Source of the DNA: an uncultured delta proteobacterium
GTDB taxonomy: Bacteria; Desulfobacterota; Desulfobacteria; Desulfobacterales; Desulfosalsimonadaceae
Direction: 5' to 3'
Assembly (NCBI GenBank): GCA_963826785.1
Contig: CAWGYD010000004.1
Coordinates: 96,001 to 160,000, forward strand
DNA length: 64,000 bases
Made by a program: the position numbers and the translations under genes. Below, in pieces: positions 60,688 to 64,000 of this stretch (within the stretch, counting starts at the first letter, position 1; every line of letters starts with the position of its first letter). A model generated the notes under the pieces. It was not told the DNA's origin. It did no database searches and was given only the letters and a program-made list of their open reading frames with translations.

Positions 60688-62034
60688 GGGAACTCCTTTT
60701 CTGTTCGGGATTATGAGTTGCGTAAGGCATGCATAGCGGTAAAAAGCCCATGCCTGGCGCAGTGTCCAATTGAGCATGGAACTTTCTTTTTTGCCGACGG
60801 AGATGATTCGGTTGACCAGGTGATGCAGAAATTGGTTGTACCTGATCTGTTTATGTTCAAACAGGGCGACAAGCCATGCGCGGAAAACTTCTTCGCTCTT
60901 GCTTTCGGATGCTTCCGAAAAATTGTGGATCAGCCTGGCATTGATTTCGATCGGCTTTTCCGCCCCATTTTTATCGATAGAGGTCAGGTCATCCGCCGAC
61001 TTGATTTTCCTGCCGGCATTATAAATGGCTTTCATCCGGCTGGGCAGGACCTGCTGAACTTCCGCCTGAATTCGCCAGGCGGCATTTTCCTGTTTGAAAA
61101 AAATCAGGGCAAAAGCCATTTGATCGGAATGGCCGGTAAAATCTTCTAAAAAGTTCTCTTCCTGTGCGATCAGGTCAAACTGCTTGCTGTTTCCCAGCTT
61201 GAACCGCCCCGGGTTGGTGGTCAGCAGGTGTTTCATCTCTTCCCGGACTTCTTCGGAATTACTGTAGGGGAGGATCATATAGCTCTGGCCGGCCATGGTG
61301 CCGGTCAGATCATCCCCAATGCGGATCACCGCGCCTGAAATTTTTATGGCGCATTCCTCGCATACCGGGAAGTTTTTAACTCCGTCCACCTCTTTGAATC
61401 CCCCGGCAATGCTACCGATCTTATCGAGATTGTAGCAGGCCAGGAGTGAATAATTGCCGAAAACAAGTTTGTCTTTTCGACCGCAGACAAAACATGTGCC
61501 TTGCGCCCTGATGCCGCCTCGCGTTTTCCAATTGGCCAGAACCGATTGCTGCATGTGGCGTTTGCAGGATTCCCATTTATAAACCGGCAGGACATTGCCA
61601 TTTGAATTCTTCGCCCAGAACACATACCCGCGATGTTCTTTTCCATCAATTCCAGAGTCTTTGGATTGTGCCTCGACTTCAGCCCAGATGGATTTCAGGT
61701 TTTGGGAATAATCGATGACGGTGACATCCAGCCATTTTTTTTCCTCGGGAGTCAGTTCGCCGGATTCCAGGAGATTTTTCACAGCTTTCAGGAGCCGGTT
61801 GTCGGTGGTTTTCGCCTGCTTGCAGCAGGGGGTATAATCGGTCCCGTTCGAAGGGCCTGAACGATAAATTACATCTTCCCTTTTATGCAGAACCTTGACG
61901 GAATCGAATCGTCCGGTTTCATCAAAGCAGATGGCAAGCCCCCGATCATAAATTTCCGGCATTCCTTCGTTCAGGTATTCGATCAATTCCGAATCCGGCA
62001 GGAGTTTACTGTACTCGGAAAGTTTCTGGAACAT
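60232..62034 (-). CDS. cas8b: Type I-B Cas8b/Csh1
   Basis: C..C, Y..DK.G...GF..KNFPVC..C, VLPSR; position upstream of cas7. Confidence 0.88.
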   Translation of the reverse strand: MFQKLSEYSKLLPDSELIEYLNEGMPEIYDRGLAICFDETGRFDSVKVLHKREDVIYRSGPSNGTDYTPCCKQAKTTDNRLLKAVKNLLESGELTPEEKKWLDVTVIDYSQNLKSIWAEVEAQSKDSGIDGKEHRGYVFWAKNSNGNVLPVYKWESCKRHMQQSVLANWKTRGGIRAQGTCFVCGRKDKLVFGNYSLLACYNLDKIGSIAGGFKEVDGVKNFPVCEECAIKISGAVIRIGDDLTGTMAGQSYMILPYSNSEEVREEMKHLLTTNPGRFKLGNSKQFDLIAQEENFLEDFTGHSDQMAFALIFFKQENAAWRIQAEVQQVLPSRMKAIYNAGRKIKSADDLTSIDKNGAEKPIEINARLIHNFSEASESKSEEVFRAWLVALFEHKQIRYNQFLHHLVNRIISVGKKESSMLNWTLRQAWAFYRYACLTQLIIPNRKGVPMEGAVPASPYGQYILEHPEFFDQPEKVVAFLTGCYMSVVTSVQYGKRKTTPFAKKFVGRLLPRDHLKRLYREGHDKLAQYEALGLVAKTMDPDLAQAWVRCGETWKITNEEATFAFTIGYSLEGRIRALSGNKELAEISEYVEEAEDNGSN

Positions 62035-62056
62035 GTGGTTTTCCTTTATTGTTCCC

Positions 62057-62467
62057 TTACAGATTGATTATCTGGGCATTTAATTTATCAAAATCCCGGT
62101 CAAAAGAAACAACCGGATGGGTGGGAGAAGAACAGGCATACAAAAGGCAATCCACGAAATCGATGCCATGCTTTTCGTACGCCAGCAGGGCGTTGATCAA
62201 TATAGCCTTGTTTGAATTGACAATGCCGTTGAAGCTGATGACCCGATTCAGCCGGTCCACGATTTCCCCGCGTGGAATCTTATAAAAACTTTCCATGACG
62301 TAAATGCATTCCAGCAGGACAGCATCAAGGATCTTGGCTTTTTTTCTGGAATGCGAAACTTCGATCATGAACCGGGTGGCTCTGGGACTGAATTCAGGAT
62401 GATCATCCAGTAGATAGCGGAGAATGACATTGGTATCGATCAAATGGATTGTTTCGTGAGAATTCAC
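62057..62467 (-). CDS. vapC: PIN-domain VapC toxin
   Basis: IDTNVILRYL, E..YV, DFVD, SFDRDF. Confidence 0.88.
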   Translation of the reverse strand: MNSHETIHLIDTNVILRYLLDDHPEFSPRATRFMIEVSHSRKKAKILDAVLLECIYVMESFYKIPRGEIVDRLNRVISFNGIVNSNKAILINALLAYEKHGIDFVDCLLYACSSPTHPVVSFDRDFDKLNAQIINL

Positions 62468-62485
62468 TCGAAGATGCCTGCTTGT

Positions 62486-62752
62486 CTATGATTTTCGCTC
62501 ATGTTCATTATTAATTTCCCAGGCAATCTCCTCCTGGATTTTCCCCCTGATCTTATCCAGCGGCTCGTATTTTTTGGCGTAGGCCTTCAGACTGCCGGCC
62601 AAGCTTTCCGCTGTTCCGGCGGGCACGCCCTTGAGTTTAACTTCCCCGTTTTCCACCACAAACAATACCGAGCCGTCTTTACTGATATTCAGCTGCTTCC
62701 GGATTTGCTTAGGGATGGTCACCTGTCCTTTTTTAGAGACCTTTGCGTACAT
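62486..62752 (-). CDS. AbrB/MazE/SpoVT-family antitoxin
   Basis: KVSKKGQVTIPKQIRKQL. Confidence 0.9.
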   Translation of the reverse strand: MYAKVSKKGQVTIPKQIRKQLNISKDGSVLFVVENGEVKLKGVPAGTAESLAGSLKAYAKKYEPLDKIRGKIQEEIAWEINNEHERKS

Positions 62753-62861
62753 TTGGTTTTGTCCATATTATAGTGAATATCCTTTATTTTTATTTTTTTC
62801 TTTACAATTACAATATTTCATTCATTTTGGAATTTGTCAAACCTCATGTATTGCATCAGGC

Positions 62862-62898
62862 AGTAATTGGAGGTCACAAATTGTGACCTCCAATTACT
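62862..62898. promoter_or_regulatory. Perfect palindrome abutting the cas2 stop; shares a 21-bp core with the ORF6N palindrome
   Basis: AGTAATTGGAGGTCACAA-A-TTGTGACCTCCAATTACT. Confidence 0.75.
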
Positions 62899-63198
62899 TC
62901 AAAAAAACTTTGCCAGGATCTCCTCGTTCACCAGCTTCTTGTCGAATCCCTGGCCCAGGACCTTGATGCGCCGGAAATCCTCCTGGCAGAAGGGGAAGAG
63001 ATAGACGCTGTCCTCTTCCTCGTCGATGATCTCCCGGCAGATTTCGCCCAGTTCATCGAACCGGCTGCTTTCAAGCCGGCCCAGAAATACGCTCTTCTGG
63101 ACCCGGACGAGGCCGGCCTTCTTGCAGGCCTTGGCCACCTTGTTCCGCTTCTTGTTTTCCACAATATCGTAGATGATCCAGGTCAGAATCGAAGACAC
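62899..63198 (-). CDS. cas2: Cas2
   Basis: IIYDI, RVQKSVF; GTG start with GGAG RBS. Confidence 0.95.
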   Translation of the reverse strand: MSSILTWIIYDIVENKKRNKVAKACKKAGLVRVQKSVFLGRLESSRFDELGEICREIIDEEEDSVYLFPFCQEDFRRIKVLGQGFDKKLVNEEILAKFF

Positions 63199-63200
63199 AC

Positions 63201-64000
63201 TCAGATCTCCTTGATTTCCAGCCAATCGGGCCGATTTTTGCCGTCTTCGGCCAGAAGTATGTTGGCCAGCCGGTGGGCTTCGTGCTGGATGATGTGACGG
63301 CGCTTGATGTTTTTTTTGCGGTAGCGCACCGACTCATCCAGGTGCGTGTTCATGGCCTCCACCACCACGGGTTTGCCGTTCTGGTTTAAGCTGACCGCCT
63401 GCTCGCCGGCCTCGAAATAATCATCCTTCATCCGGCGGCCGGTGAACAGGTACACGCCGGTCTGCTCGGCAAAGATGCGGAAGGGTTCGATCAGGTCGAA
63501 CACCAAAGACTTCTTGTTGTAGTTGTCCGTGTGCAGAAAGCCCACATAGGGGTCGAGGCCGGAGAGGATGCAGGCTTTTTCCACCAGGCTGTAGAGGATG
63601 CCATAGCAATAGTTGAGCACCGCGTTGAAAGGGTCTTTGGCCGGCTGGCGGGAGCGGCCGGAGAAGCGGTATTTTTCCGGCAGCAGCTGTGAAATGCACT
63701 GAAAGTAGGCCCGGCCGGCGGCCCCCTCGATTCCCATCAGCCGGTTGCGGATGTTCTCTTCCGTGTCTGCCGTAAGCTCCGCCAGATTTTCAAGCGCCTT
63801 GGCGATTGCGGCCAGCGGCTTTTCAAACTGCGGCTCCTTTCCGGGGCGGGCATACATCAGCTTCTTGAGATACTGGCCCTGGTTGTCGAATTTCTGCCGG
63901 ATCATGTCCGTGACCAGCTTGAGGCCGGTTTCCCCGTGCACCGCCGCGTCGAGCTGCCGTCGCCGGATCAGGGCCGTGCTGCCGGTTTTGGAAAACCAGA
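63201..64000 (-). CDS. cas1: Cas1, 5' part outside the window
   Basis: GIEG..R.YF, DPFNAVLNY.YG, GLDPYVGFLH, DLIEPFR. Confidence 0.96.
   Translation of the reverse strand, partial: WFSKTGSTALIRRRQLDAAVHGETGLKLVTDMIRQKFDNQGQYLKKLMYARPGKEPQFEKPLAAIAKALENLAELTADTEENIRNRLMGIEGAAGRAYFQCISQLLPEKYRFSGRSRQPAKDPFNAVLNYCYGILYSLVEKACILSGLDPYVGFLHTDNYNKKSLVFDLIEPFRIFAEQTGVYLFTGRRMKDDYFEAGEQAVSLNQNGKPVVVEAMNTHLDESVRYRKKNIKRRHIIQHEAHRLANILLAEDGKNRPDWLEIKEI

Noticed and set aside
53859..64000. CRISPR-associated transposon (type I-B CAST)
   Set aside because: No tnsABC or tniQ in the window and cas3 is intact
1..64000. rRNA or tRNA genes and self-targeting spacers
   Set aside because: None recognised by eye; self-targeting cannot be excluded without an alignment

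Overview
Chromosomal window from a probable Desulfobacterales-type deltaproteobacterium (inferred from gene content). 1-47 kb is mostly housekeeping: metV-metF with two-component genes, sigma54-driven amtB, tatBC, pyrR, Moco genes, rmuC, a frameshifted mltA, polA, map, galE, fur-feoA/feoA/feoB, a prkA-yeaH-spoVR operon, an acyl-CoA ligase, a GGDEF protein and an amidohydrolase. 47.2-64 kb is a type I-B CRISPR-Cas locus on the minus strand: cas1-cas2-abrB-vapC-cas8b(cas11)-cas7-cas5-cas3-cas6-[cas1'/cas2' remnant]-ORF6N-cas4-leader-array of about 90 repeats. The most notable observations are: (1) a secreted DUF1573-type protein split by an in-frame TGA that aligns to Cys in a paralog in the same window (candidate selenoprotein, G-U-G-C); (2) a perfect palindrome inside the ORF6N gene that recurs between cas2 and the toxin-antitoxin/interference genes; (3) the interference module is bracketed by diverged copies of cas1-end/cas2; (4) a bacterial signal-peptide-peptidase/presenilin-like membrane protein; (5) a SidJ-like pseudokinase; (6) a UBA-like insert in YeaH; (7) two small genes below the ORF-track cutoff and several MITE/REP-like elements. 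All family calls come from motif recognition by eye; no searches were run.
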